From positions 928,001 through 992,000 of the forward strand of contig JBMNFY010000017.1 of assembly GCA_050949565.1 (NCBI GenBank): DNA of 64,000 nt. Reading direction: 5' to 3'. The translations under genes and the position numbers were made by a program. The notes below the pieces were generated by a model. That model was not told the origin of the DNA and did no database searches. It saw only the letters and a program-made list of their open reading frames with translations. Positions 11,064 through 23,700 of the stretch are shown piece by piece (within the stretch, counting starts at the first letter, position 1; each line of letters starts with the position of its first letter). The DNA comes from Kiritimatiellia bacterium (lineage in GTDB: Bacteria > Verrucomicrobiota > Kiritimatiellia > RFP12 > UBA1067).

Positions 11064-11118
11064 GGGGGGGAGGACAAACGCCCCGGAATATGCAACAATG
11101 TTCCCGCTCGTTTGAGGC
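11064..11118 (+). repeat. Diverged 55-bp copy of IS-internal sequence 17490-17544
   Basis: G-run-GACAAACnCCCCGGAATnTGCnACAAT...TCGTTT; 43/55 identical by hand alignment. Confidence 0.7.
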
Positions 11119-11174
11119 ATAGGAAATGATGTGGAATGAGCTTTAGTAAAACGTAAACCGAAAGGAGACGGTCC

Positions 11175-14100
11175 ATGCTGAAAGTCACAAGATTTGATGG
11201 TTTATTGATGCCGATACTCAAGGGCGCTGCCGCGCTGGTGTTGGGTGTCGTGGGCACCGTACGGGCGCAGTCTATCTGGCCGACCGTGAACTACGGCGAC
11301 GCGATCGAGCTGACGAGCGCCGAAGAGCACACGGCCGATACCAACGTGACGATCCGCGGCAAGGTGACGGTCAAAAGCGGCAATCATTCGTAGAACGCCT
11401 CGGTGACCTCGATCCCGGTCACGTTCGGCTCGCCGTCCGGGGAGCCGAATCCCGCCGAGATCATCGTCGAGGGCGGAAAGTTCGGAGAGTCCAATACCAA
11501 CCTCAAAGGCGGGAACGAGGTCGCGCTCGGGGATGACGGCGGGCGCGGCAAGGTGACGGTGAAGGGCGGCGCCTTCCACTGCTCCAAGTTCTCGATCAGC
11601 GGCAACACTGCGCCGGAGTCGAACGGCTACATCGACTTCCTGCGGATCGAAGGCGGCGCCGCGTATCTGCGCCAGGCCTATAACTATTCGACCGCCACCG
11701 CGCGCGTCATGGTTGCGGGCGGCACCTATTATTCGGCGCATCAGTGGTACGGTGCGATGTTCCAGAAAGGGCCGTTCCTCTTCGAGGCGTGAACGGTGCG
11801 ACGATCACGATCAACCGCGAGAATACGGTGAAGACACTCGTCACAAACGACGCCTCGCTGCGCTTCACCGGCGCCTCGCCGGTCACGATCATGGGAAACG
11901 GCAAAGCGCAGAGCCCCTGCTGCGTTCTCGGCACGAACGTCTGGTTCGACAATGTCGGCAAGGTCAAGTTCTCCGGCAACGAAAAGGCCGAGCTGAGCGG
12001 GGCTCATTTCGGGCTGGAGGTGACCGAGATCCTGTTCGACAATTCCCCCCAGAGCGTGTTCTCTTCCGCCAATTCCACGACGGTGATTCCCTGTGATCTC
12101 ACTTTCACGAACAATGCCTACCTCTACGGCGCCGGCACGCTCGCGTTCAACACGACCTCCGGCGACCACGTCTTTTCGGGGCCGATCCACGGCACCGATC
12201 TTACTATGCGCAAACTCGGCGCGAACACGCTCACGGTCAGTTCGACCACCAACATCCCGCACCTCAAGATCGAGGAAGGCACACTGCTCCTGAAGAGCAC
12301 AATCGCCGCGAAGACGCTGTCCGTCGCTGCGGGCGCGACGGTGACGGTCACCGATTCGCTGAAAATCGAGAACGGCGCGACGGTCAATGCGATCAACGGC
12401 GGCAAGATCGTGCGTCTGAGCGATGTCGCGACCACGACCGATTTGCGCGGCGAGATGATCAGGTCCTGGGATCTCATTAAGACGGGCGCGGGCGAACTCC
12501 GGCTCTACGATCCGCAGCTCTCGGGGTTCGTCCGGGCTGCGGAGGGAACGCTCAAGTTCTCAAAACAGGGGCTGAGCGACCGCTACATCAAGCTGACGTT
12601 CAAGGAACTGCTCCAGTTCTGGTACGGTGGGAGCTACTCTTCGTTAAAAGGTCTGTGTACGAGGGTGGTCTTCTACGATACGAGTGCCGCTCTCTGCCTT
12701 GATTCGTCCAGCTATAACACGCGATTTGTCCTCGGCACCCATCCATCGGCGCTGACCAAAGGCGAAGTGACCGCGCCAGCCGATACCGTTTGGACACAGA
12801 CGAATAATGACTATGGGAACCCGTTCTTCATGTTTCGGTCGTCTGGCGGCGTTCCTCCCGTCTGGAAAACCGGAGCAATGACGAACGCCGAGGACAAGGT
12901 CAACTTCCAGATCCTCTACTATCGACTGCCGGATGTCATCCCCACAGCGCTCGACGGCGTCAACCTCTATTCGAGCTGGACCTATGGCAACCCGAAGAAG
13001 TGGACGCTGGAGACAAGCGCGACCGGCGAGGACGGCACCTGGCACGAAGTGCTCGCCGTGGACGAACGCACGCCCGGCATGTCGAATAACAACTGCGAAT
13101 GGTTGAACGGCAATTCCGCGAAACCCGCCTATCTGCTGAGCTACGACGAGCGCCTTGAGGCCGCGTCGCAGGTTGTCCTGCCGGACGTGCGGTTCAAGCG
13201 CGGCGACATCGCCTATCTCTACGGCTTTCTCAACGGCAAGGGCCTGCCGTGCTACACCGACGGCAACCATATCGATTATCTCAACTGGTTTGACGCGCTT
13301 GAGTTCTCGGGACTCCGTGCCGACGTCTTCGGCGAACGGAACTTCATTGAGAAAGTGAACCCGAAGGATTATCCGGTACTGGTCGTGCCGCACACGCGGA
13401 TGGTGCGCGGCGAAACGTTTGCGCATTTCAAGGACTACGTACGCCAGGGCGGCACCGCGATCATCACCGACGACGCGCTGACGATGACATTTGAGCGATA
13501 TGCGAAGACGGATATCGGCGAATTCGCCACGGATTGCGGCAAGGGCCGCGTCATCGTCGTCCGCGGCAAACCGCAGATGGAAGAATTGATGAAGGTACTG
13601 AAGCCCTATCTGCCGGAGGCGAAGGTGAAGGTGGAGGAGGTGGCGGGTACGACTGCACCGGCCGCGCGGACAGAACCTCCGCTCATCGAGCGCGTGCTCG
13701 CCGGCAATGACGACCGCAAGGTGCTCTATCTCGCCAACTGGGGCGGAATGAAACATACGGTCAAGGTGACGTTGCCTGAGGAAGTGCGAGGATGGCAGGC
13801 GACGCTGATCGAGGGAAATCCGTCCTCTGTCTCTTGCCTTTCGTCTGAGATCACGCTCACCGTGCCGTCGCAGGATCTCGTCGCATTCATGTTGGAGCGT
13901 CCGGGGGCGAAGGTGGCGCCGCTTGATCTGGAAGCCGATCCGAAGGTGGTCGCGACGCTGAAGCGAATCGCCGAACTCAACGAAGCGCGGCCCGCCCACA
14001 AGGGTCCCAAGGCGCTCTTCCCGAAGTGGAGCAAGTGCTACGGGCAGGCGATGGGCAAGGAACTCTATCCGTACGTGCTCGACAGGCTTGCGGCCCTCGG

Positions 14101-14812
14101 CTGCCATGCCGAAGAGGAGGACATTGAGATGTGGACGCCGGAACTGCTCGCGGAGTACGCAGTGGTCGTGCTGCCTGAAACGAACACCCAGAAACTGTTC
14201 CGCGACAAGGCGGCGATGGATGCGCTCGGGAAGAAACTTGATGCTTATGTCAGAAACGGCGGATCGCTTCTGGTGATGGCATACACCGGCTACACCCCGA
14301 ACATCTACGCATATTTGCTGACGTCATGGATAGGGTTCTCGCCGTACTTTGGTGTCGATCTTGGAACAGATGCGTACGACGTGAAGCGCGGCGCTCTCGG
14401 GGATCCGTGCCAGATTCTCAGCGATGCGATCGTGCCGGGGCCGCTCACGGAAGGGGTGGAGCGGGTGCAGCTTCATTATCTTCGGACGATCGATGCGCCG
14501 AAGGGGTGGAAGGTGCGCGCCGAGCCGGTAGTCAAGATTCCGGACGATTGCGAACGCGGCGGGGGACGGTCGGCGATGATGGCGCTCGAACTCGGCAGGG
14601 GGCGGGTCGTTCTGATCGCCGACCTCATGATGTTCCAGCCGTTCCGTATCGGTTTCGCGGACAATGCGGCACTGCTTGTCAATACGGCGGGCTGGCTTCT
14701 ACGGAAGCCGGTCACGCAGGAGATGCGCGATGACTTCAGAAAACGGGGACTCTTCATTGAACGAGTCGTGCCGTCGGCGGACAAGGCCGGAATCCCAGGA
14801 GATCGGAAATGA
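11175..14812 (+). pseudogene. Broken chimeric gene: autotransporter-associated beta-strand repeat protein fused to the C-terminal part of a beta-galactosidase-trimerisation/GATase-like protein
   Basis: AAGGAG RBS and signal peptide; in-frame TAG at 11391-11393; frameshift near 11786 (GAGGCGTG where GAG GGC GTG would restore the frame); RKLGANTL and IKTGAGEL repeats; abrupt composition change near 13140. Confidence 0.7.
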
Positions 14813-14828
14813 CCCGAGGATTTCCTTT

Positions 14829-15929
14829 TTATTTTGATGTCGCGAGGGCGATGCCGCGCACTTCTTTGCCGTCCTCGCCGCGTCCCACAGCGCAGTAGTA
14901 GTGATAGACCACGCCGTCGTGCTTGATCACCCACGGCTTGTGGGCGTGGATACAGTCGAAAGGCTCCGAAGGCCGTATGAGCGGCTCGCCCTCCCACTTG
15001 GTCCAGTGCTTGAGGTCGTGGGAACAGGCGAACGTATCGAATGCGCCGGACACGCCCGGCCGCCACCTGAACCCGAAATAGAACATCACCCACACGTCTC
15101 CGATGCGCCGCACCATCGGATCGCCGGAAATACCGGGCTTCGACGGGTCACCATTGTCGATCACCGGACCGTCGCCCACGCGCCGCCAATGGAGCATGTC
15201 GTCCGAAACGGCCATGCCGATCGCCTCGCGCCGCACGCCGCGCTGATTGGCGTTGTAAAAATTCACGAACCGTCCGCCACAGGAACGCGTCGGATCTTCC
15301 ACCGTGAAATGCTTGTAGATCGTCAGCGTCTCAAAAGCGCGGGCGTCCGGGTCACGCGGACTCAAGACGGGATTCCCCGGATAGCGCGTCCACTCCTTCA
15401 CGGCGGAGGGATCGTCCGTCCAGGCGACGCCCGTCGAGAGCGGATCCGTCTCGTACCCGTGGAGTTCGCCGCCGAGGTACATCATCCAGTACCGGCCATC
15501 GAATGTGTTCAGCGTATTCGGGCCGTCCCAACGGGGATCAAGGAGCGACGGCCATCCATCAGCCTGCGCCGAGTCCCAAGCACCCTCCGCGCCTCGCGAC
15601 AAGACACATCCGAGCGGCTGCCACGCGATGAGGTCGGACGATTTCGCAAGGTGCGTTTCGTACCCCTTCCCGTCGAAGCGGATGTGCATCATGTACCAGG
15701 CGTCTCCGTGGCGGAACACCATCGGATTGTCGAGCATCTCGCCTTTTGCCGGACGGAGCACCATGCCCCGCTTGTTCGGCGTTTTGACTTCTTCGTAGAT
15801 GGCGCGCATCTCTGCGTCCGAGACAGCTTGTTGCGACACAACGTTAAACATCGAAACTTTTGAATCTGCGGCAACTCGAACGCCGCACGAACACATCACA
15901 ACCAGCGCAAGGCACAACTTGGTTCGCAT
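14829..15929 (-). CDS. Secreted five-bladed beta-propeller glycoside hydrolase (GH32/43/130-like)
   Basis: Signal peptide; repeated blades LDNPMVF, GNPVLSP, GDPMVRR, HKPWVIK; GAAAGGAG RBS. Confidence 0.8.
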   Translation of the reverse strand: MRTKLCLALVVMCSCGVRVAADSKVSMFNVVSQQAVSDAEMRAIYEEVKTPNKRGMVLRPAKGEMLDNPMVFRHGDAWYMMHIRFDGKGYETHLAKSSDLIAWQPLGCVLSRGAEGAWDSAQADGWPSLLDPRWDGPNTLNTFDGRYWMMYLGGELHGYETDPLSTGVAWTDDPSAVKEWTRYPGNPVLSPRDPDARAFETLTIYKHFTVEDPTRSCGGRFVNFYNANQRGVRREAIGMAVSDDMLHWRRVGDGPVIDNGDPSKPGISGDPMVRRIGDVWVMFYFGFRWRPGVSGAFDTFACSHDLKHWTKWEGEPLIRPSEPFDCIHAHKPWVIKHDGVVYHYYCAVGRGEDGKEVRGIALATSK

Positions 15930-16036
15930 CTCTCGCACTCCTTTCGGTCAAAACCTCTGCATTCAGCACGCACCATACCACAAAATCCCGCGCTCGCGCG
16001 CTATCAAAGTTTTACACTTGGACGCGCTTTCATGCT

Positions 16037-16138
16037 GAGGCTCTTGCAAAACCCCCTCGTGACATGGGCGTCCCGCCCATGAAACACGGGCAGGATGCCC
16101 GTGCCACGCCTGCACGCAAGGGATTTTGCAGGATTTTC
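16037..16138 (+). mobile_element. 102-bp MITE (IS1182-type ends) enclosing a REP-like doublet
   Basis: Left IR intact, right IR decayed (GGGATTTTGCAGGATTTTC); collinear with 57093-57193; partial reverse copy at 35261-35316. Confidence 0.75.
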
Positions 16139-16278
16139 TGACGAAGAGGCGCAGCGGTTGCTGAAAAACGGACGCGACAGGGCGTTTTTCCCGTTTTTCG
16201 GATGTTTCCGGGCAGACCCCGGCGCCTCCGCCCGGTCGCGGGCGGGTTTTCAGGGAGGGCAGTCTGCCGCGGGGCCGG

Positions 16279-17394
16279 TCAGGGAAGCATTCTGAGCATC
16301 TGCTCGGCGGCGATGACCAGCAGCCCGAAGGCCAGATGCGCCGCCACCTTCGCCGGGCCGCGCACCCGGACGTTCCGTCCGCCGTGCTCTTCGTGCAGAT
16401 GGCTGTTGACGCGCTCGACGGCCGTGCGTTCGTGGTAGCGCCGGGCTTCCGCCGGGGAGAACTCGATCTTCTCGCCCCGGCGCGGGTTGTGGTCGATGAG
16501 CGCCACGTGCCCCAGCCGCGCCGACATCTCGCGGATCTCCTTGGCGTCGTAGGCGGCGTCGGCCAGATCATAGAGGTTGACGATCCGTCCGGCGGTCATC
16601 TGCGCCAGCGGGATGGCGGCCTGGCTGTCGTGCAGGCTGGCGGAAGTGAGTATGAAGCTGACCGGGATATCGCCGTCGATCACGTCCAGATGGGCCTTGT
16701 AGCCGCGCCAGCATTCTGTCTTGCCCTTGCTGTTCTTCTTGCAGCCCCAGTCGCAGGACGCGGGCAGGTCGGCCAGGTTTTCCTTCAAGCCGCGGTTGAG
16801 CTGCAGTTGCAGCCGTGTCGGATCCGGCGGCGGCGCCGGGGGCTCGCCCTTCCTGCGCCGGCCGCGTTTGCCGCGCTCGGGGGCGGGGGCCGTCTCCGGC
16901 TTGGCCGCGGCCTTCTCGCGGGCGCGGATCGCGGTGGCGTCGCGGCTGACGTGCCCGGCGAGCTTGTCGCCATAGCGGGCCTTGACCATCGCCTCGTGGA
17001 TTTCCTGCGGGCACCCGTTCCTGGCGAATTCGGCGAAGGCGCGCGAGAAGGTCGACGCCGAGGGCACTTCGCCGAGCGTCTCCCAGCCGCACAGCCGGCG
17101 CAGGGCCGGACGGTGGCGGATGGCGTCGATCAGGCCGCTCGTGGTGTCGAAGTTCCAGACGGTCTTGCCTATGAACGCCTTGCACATCGCCAGCCGGTCG
17201 CACGGCGGGCAGCCGTTGCCGCACCAGCGGTAGGCGCCCATGTGATCCTGCGGGGCGCACAGCTCGCAGACCGCGACGAACTGGCGGTGCTTCTCGTCGA
17301 GTTCCCCGATCTCGTCCTCCAGCATCGGGAAGAGCCATGACTGGATGCTGTTCCACAACTGGCCCAGAGGGGGTTGATGTCGCGTTTCCTTCAT
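16279..17394 (-). CDS. DDE transposase (IS1182/IS5-like)
   Basis: PSASTFSR, SRDAT, GYKAH, LADAAYD and RTAVERVNS motifs; AAGGAG RBS. Confidence 0.9.
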   Translation of the reverse strand: MKETRHQPPLGQLWNSIQSWLFPMLEDEIGELDEKHRQFVAVCELCAPQDHMGAYRWCGNGCPPCDRLAMCKAFIGKTVWNFDTTSGLIDAIRHRPALRRLCGWETLGEVPSASTFSRAFAEFARNGCPQEIHEAMVKARYGDKLAGHVSRDATAIRAREKAAAKPETAPAPERGKRGRRRKGEPPAPPPDPTRLQLQLNRGLKENLADLPASCDWGCKKNSKGKTECWRGYKAHLDVIDGDIPVSFILTSASLHDSQAAIPLAQMTAGRIVNLYDLADAAYDAKEIREMSARLGHVALIDHNPRRGEKIEFSPAEARRYHERTAVERVNSHLHEEHGGRNVRVRGPAKVAAHLAFGLLVIAAEQMLRMLP

Positions 17395-17751
17395 GCGTTT
17401 TTGTCTCCTTTCCGCGTTTGTTTTTCCGTCCTTACGGATGATGGAGGCATTGTAACATATTGCGCGGCAACAAGATACAACAAAAATCGGGGGGGGTAGA
17501 CAAACACCCCGGAATGTGCGACAATACCCCTGTTCGTTTTGGGCGCGGTATGGTGCCGTGCAGAAGGCGACGCGGCGTGGGGCGGAGCGTCATGCCCGGC
17601 CGCGCCGGGCGGTGGGATGGTTCGCTGACAAGACGTCCCGCCCGCAGGCCGTCAGGCGTTGCGGTGTGGGGGTTTTGCAAGAGCCTCATGCTGTGATACG
17701 ATTCTCCCATCGTGAAGAAAGTGGCAGTGGTTTTAATCAAGGAGACCGGTC

Positions 17752-20700
17752 ATGAAAAAAGTAGGCTTCGCGTGGGTAGTCGCGTTCTGTTCGGGTTTGT
17801 TCGCCGTGTGTGTGGGTGCACAGGAGATCATAAAGGCTAACAACTCCCTGCCACTCAATGACCCCGCCTCTTGGACGGGCGGGGTTGTACCCGGCGACGG
17901 CAACATCGCCGTGTGGGACAACACGGTCCTCGGCGCAAATACGGTCACGCTGGGCAGCGCGCTCACCTGGGACGGTCTCCGCCTCACCAATCCCGGCGGC
18001 ACGGTCACGTTGCAGGGCGCGAACCGCTTGACGCTCGACGGCGGCGCGGCCACCGACCTCGACCTGTCACTCGCGACGCAGGATCTCGTGCTCGACCTGC
18101 CGGTAACATTGGGCAGTAGCCAAACGGCCAACATCGCGGCTGACCGCAGTGTAACGGTAAACGGCGCGGCGTCGATCGATAATCTGACGAAAAAAGGCGA
18201 CGGGCTCCTGCATCTGACCGGCACCACAATCTGCAACGACGGCCGCTATGAGGCGGGCTTGACCGTGTACGACGGCACCACCTCGCTGCCCGGCACCCAC
18301 TCGCTGATGGGCGGTTCCGTGATCTTCCGCGGCGCTGTTACCATGATCCAGGGTTTAGGAGAGACGCTTGGCGTCTATAACGGCACGCTGGTGCTCGACG
18401 GCGCGGGCTTGACCATGACGGACGCTCTCGGCCGCTTCTTTGTCGGGCGCACCCACGCGACCAGCGACGGCCTCCTGATTGTCTCCAACGGCACCCACAC
18501 GATCCGCGGCAAGCAAAGCACCAACATGGCGAGCTTCATCGGCGTCTCTGGCGCCCGGCGCGGTCGTCTCTACCTGGAAAACGGGAGCCTCAGCGTGCCC
18601 TTCCTGCGGCTGGGAACCAATCAGAAAGGTTCTGATGATATTGATGAGTTGATCATCAACAACGGTCTGCTCTCGGTCACCGGTGTCACCGACAGCAGCC
18701 CGGTGAATAAAGCCTTCAAGATGGGTACGCGCTTCGACGAGGCTATGGTAGGAGCCACGCGCAGCGGCCTGATCGTAGTCAACGGCGGTCGCTTCGAAGT
18801 ACCGAACGGCACCGCGCAGATCGCCACTGACGTAGCCTCCTCCACCGGCTCGCAACAGATTTTCCTCAACGGCGGCACCTGGGCCGTCAAGAAGCTCGCG
18901 TTCGGCTCATCGCCCAATGTCACGCGCACCCTCACCTTTGACGGCGGCACGCTCGAAGGCACCAATGTGATCACCGGCTCCGACCTGATCGAAGGCGCGG
19001 CCTACGTGACCGCCGCCGTGCGCGCCGGCGGTGCGCGACTCGCAAGCGCTCCCGGCAACGACTTCAGCGTCACCCTGAATCTGATCGAGGACCCGAGTAG
19101 CCCCGGCGGCGGTCTCGTGAAGCTTGGCGATGGCCGCCTCTCCCTCGGCGGCGTCAACACCTACACAGGTCCGACGATCGTCTCCAACGGCACGCTGGCA
19201 CTCTCCGGCACGCTGGCCGTCACCAACCTCATCGTGGCACCCGGCGCAACCTTCTCGATGGCCGACGGCACGCTCTCCACCTTCGCGCCCCCCGCGTTGT
19301 GCTTCGGCGTGGGCGACGGCACGCCCGCCGTGCTCGAACTTGAGGTCGCGCCCGCCGGCAACGCCTGCGACACCCTGCATATCCCGAACGGTGCCTGGAT
19401 TCAAAGCATGAGCATCGCACTCGTGCAGCAAGGCACGCGACATCGCATTCAGCGCGAAGGCGACTTCCCGATCTTCACCTATTCCGGCACCGCCCCCGCG
19501 CTCTCCGGACTGAGTTGGGCGAACCCCATCGCCGGTTTCACCTGCACCTTCGCCCTCGATAACGCTGCGCGCACCGTCACAGCGCAGGTGCGCATCGACC
19601 CGACAAGCAGCCCCTCCGTGTGGATCAATCCGACCCACGGCGACTGGACCACCGCCGCCAACTGGAACGCGATGCCCGCCTCCGCTGCCGGTACTGCGGT
19701 GCTCTTCGACGCCGTGCCTACCGCTGCCACCACCGTCACGCTCGACACCCCTTTCACGCTGGGCAGCGTCGCCTTTGTCAACCCGTACAGCTACACGCTC
19801 TCTGGTGCAGGCTCGCTGACATTCGACAACGCCAGTGCGGACGCCGCGCTGACCGTCGACCAGGGCGCGCACACTGTCAACCTACCGCTGACCTCCTCGG
19901 CGCCGCTGACCGTCACGCCCGCCGCTGGCACCGCGCTCACGCTGGCTGCCCCCCTCTCTGGCAGCGGCAGTCTGAAAAAAGAGGGCGACGGCATACTCAA
20001 GGTGACTGCCGACAACAGCTACGCCGGCGGCACGCATCTCGCGCGCGGCGAACTGTGGCTCTCCGCAGATGCCTCGCTCGGCACGGGCCCCATCACGCAC
20101 GCACAGGCCAACGGCCGTCTGCGCAGCGTGGGCGCCGGTCCCGTCGTGATCACCAACGACCTGTTGATCGCCGCCAGCGGCGCCGCGCTGGCCGCCGATG
20201 GCTCCGATGATCTTTTCGGGACGCCTCGACTGGGTCGACGGCCAAAGAACGCTCCAGAAGTTCGGCCACGGAACGCTGATCTTCAAGGGGCAGGCCGAAA
20301 AGTCCGGCGGCTACAGGATCAACCTCCGCACCGCGAACTTCCGTGTGGCGGATGGTGCCCGCATCATGTTCAATAATGCGAACATCCGCGACACGATCTA
20401 TCTCGCGGACATCACCTCGGCCGGACGCACCTTCACGGTCGAGACCGGCGCGGTCGTGGTCGCCGGCGGCATCTACACCGGCGCGGGGCCATCGAACACC
20501 GTCCATGTGAACGGCGGCAGCCTGACCCTGACCGGTAGCGGCGACATCGGCGAGACCGGTCTGATCCGCACCGTCATCGACGTGAACGGCACCGACCGCA
20601 TCATCGTGGACGCCGGTGAACTGATCTTTTCCGACGATGACTGGTTCAGTCTGGGCGTGCGCGGCGGCGGCGCGGAAGTCATCATCAACGGCGGCACCGC

Positions 20701-23700
20701 CACCTTCGGTCGCCTCGCGCTGGGCGTGCGCGGCGACACTTCTTTCGCATCGGCCGGTCACCCCACCTACGCGAATGTCTTCGTAAACGGCGGCGTCATG
20801 ACGGTCGCCGGTGCCCTGAACTGGCTGGGCGACATCACCGCAGGCCGCACCAACCGCCTCTTCCTCAGCGGCGGTACGCTGCGCCTCCCCCCCACCTTCC
20901 AGTCGGCCGTTTCCCCGACAGCAGGCGGTAGCGTCTTCACCTTTGACGGCGGCACGCTGGAAGTACTGCCTCAAGCGAACTGGGGTAACAACTCGCTCGA
21001 TGATTACCTGAACGGCCTGACCGAGCTCTTCGTCGATCAAGGCGGCGGCGTAATTGACACCTGCGGCCACGACATCGTCATCAGACAGCAGGTGCAGCGT
21101 GTCGACACCGCCACTGGCGGCCTCACCAAACGCGGCCTCGGCTCCCTGACCCTCGCCGGTCCGTGCAACATCGGCGGGACCGCCACCGTCGAGTCCGGTG
21201 CCCTGCGCTTCACCGCGCCGGTTACGGTCGGTGGTCTGTCGCTCTCCGCCAACACCGCACTCAGCCTGCGCAACAACACATACGACACGCTGACGCCCGC
21301 CACCGTCCTCTTTGCGGACGGCACGCGCCTCGATCTCGATGTCTCCGCCGATACGACGGACTGCGACCAGATCGCGCTGCCGTCAGGCACCACGCTCGGC
21401 GATCTCGTGATCGGCCTCTACGTACTCGGCAGCGACACAACGGCCGCACGCGCCGTAACTTATCCGCTCTTCACCTATACCGGCACGCCGCCGGACATCT
21501 CCGGCCTCACGCTCGCGCCCGAATGCTTCGGAGTCACCTGTACCTTTGTGGTCAACACCGGCGCGCAGACCATCGACGCGCAACTCGCGTATACCAACAC
21601 GCAAGTCTCTTGGGCGAACGCCGGCGGCGGTGACTGGAGCCTCGCCGACAACTGGACGCCGATGGCCCCGGCTGCTGCGGGTGCCGTCACGCGCTTCGGT
21701 TCGGCGCTGACCGCCGATGCCACCGTGAACATCGACAGCCCGGTCTCGGTCGCAGGCATGCTCTTTGACCATACCCACCGCTACACGCTTGACGGCGCGA
21801 CGGCCACCTTCGCATCCGCCACCGGCGATGCCGCTGTCACCGTCGCGCGCGGTGCGCACACGTTGGCCGGACCGCTCGTGCTGAACGCTGACACACGCGC
21901 ATCGATCGCGCCGGATGCTGTCCTGACGGTTGCCAACCACGTCTCGGGCAGTGGTAGCCTGACCGTCGACGGCGGCGGCTTGCTGGCTCTCGATGGGACC
22001 AACACCACACCGCTGACCGTGCGCGGCGCTGCGACCGTTCAAGTGCCGACCGTCGCTTCGCTCGGCGCGGCTGACATGACGCTGGATGGTGGCGGTCTGC
22101 GGGTCTCCGTCTCTGATACCCTGAGCGGCACGGTGCTCCTCGGCGCGGCAGGCGGCGCCTTCAGCGCCGGAACCGGACAGACGCTGAACCTCGACGCCAC
22201 CGTGAGTGGCAGCGGCAGCCTGACCAAGAGCGGCCCCGGCACTGTCACGCTCGGCACCACAGCGTGCGGTTACACGGGTACGACCGTCGTGGATGGCGGC
22301 ACCCTAAGCCTCGACGCATTGCCTTCTGGCGCGTGGACACTCAATCGCGGCACGCTCGCCTATACCGGCGCGGCGGCCTCGTTCGCGCAGCCGGTCACGA
22401 TCGACTCCGGCACCAGAGCCGTAATCCTGCGTACCGAGAGCGACCTCACCCTCAGCGGTGGCGTCACGACGCAGTCGGGCGCGCTGCTCAAAACCGGTGC
22501 TGGCATCCTGACACTCGTCGGTCCGGCCTCCAACACGCTCGGTCTCGGGAGCGCCGCCAACCTGAACGGCATCGCGGCGGCGGGCGTGGACGGCGACGGC
22601 CCCACAGTCGGCTTCGGCGCCTTCAACGTCGCACAAGGATGCGTCAAGTTAGGCGACACCGATCAGCGCACCGTCATTGGCGGACCGCTCTTCGTGGGGT
22701 TGGCAACCACCGCCAACGCGAACAGCGAAACCGCAGGCGAGTTGGTGGTGACCGCCGGTGAGGTCGTCTGCACCGAATGGACCCACATCGGCCGCAACAA
22801 CGGCTCCACCGTGACCGCGCCGGACGGCCTGACTTCGCGTCTGCTGATTCAGGGCGGCGACTTTGTGACGCGCAATCTCGCACTCGGCACAACCGCAGAG
22901 TTCGACGGATACACAGGACGCCCGGTTCTTGAAATTCAGGACGGTACCTGCACGATAGAAAACGTCCTCTTCGTGGGCGAAGGTGCAGGCGGCGTCTCGA
23001 CCATCTGGGTCAACGGCGGTACCCTACGCAATCAGGTGCTGTTCTCCGAAACCTCCTGCCGCCTCGGCAACAGCGGCGGCGAAGGCATCCTGCGCGTGAC
23101 CGGCGGACGTGCCGAGTTCAGAAAGGACGTCATCTTGGCCATGAACGCCGGTTGCACGGGCACCGTCGAACTGGCGGGTGGCGTGCTCTCCTGCTACAAC
23201 CTGTATGCGTGGACTTCGCCCGCCACCGGCTACGCCCGCGTGCTCTTCAACGGCGGTGTGTTCCAGCCGACCGGCCCGATCATGAGTGACAACTTCGATG
23301 AGATAAAGATCGGCGCGGCACCCGCCATCTTCGATACCTCGTTCGCCGAAAATGAACGCTTCTCGCTGGAGGCCGTATTGACCGGCGCCGACACGAGCGA
23401 CGGCGGCTTGGTCAAGATCGGAACCGGTACACTCTCGGTAAGGTCGGCGCAAGCATATGCCGGACCGACCGTCGTTTCGTCCGGCGTACTGCGCGTGGAG
23501 GGCAGCCTGCCCGCAGCCTCGGCGCTGACGGTCGTGCCGGGCGCGACGCTGCAACTCAACCAGGCGGAAGCCCAGACCGTCACGGTCAGCGCGCTGGCGC
23601 TCGGCGACGCACTCGACACGACACCGGCGGAACTGGTGTTCGGCGTCAACGTATCCGCCGGCGTCAATGACCAGATCGCGGTCACCGGCGACGTGGTGGC

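Larger units (their letters stand above)
16037..17687 (-). mobile_element. IS1182/IS5-like insertion sequence, composite with a MITE at one end
   Basis: Perfect 20-bp IRs GAGGCTCTTGCAAAACCCCC (16037-16056 and 17668-17687); 5-bp TSD ATGCT (16032-16036 and 17688-17692); DDE transposase inside. Confidence 0.9.

Noticed and set aside
11391-11393. Programmed TAG readthrough (pyrrolysine or recoding)
   Set aside because: TAG ends normal genes in this window, and the same gene also has a frameshift and a fusion junction.
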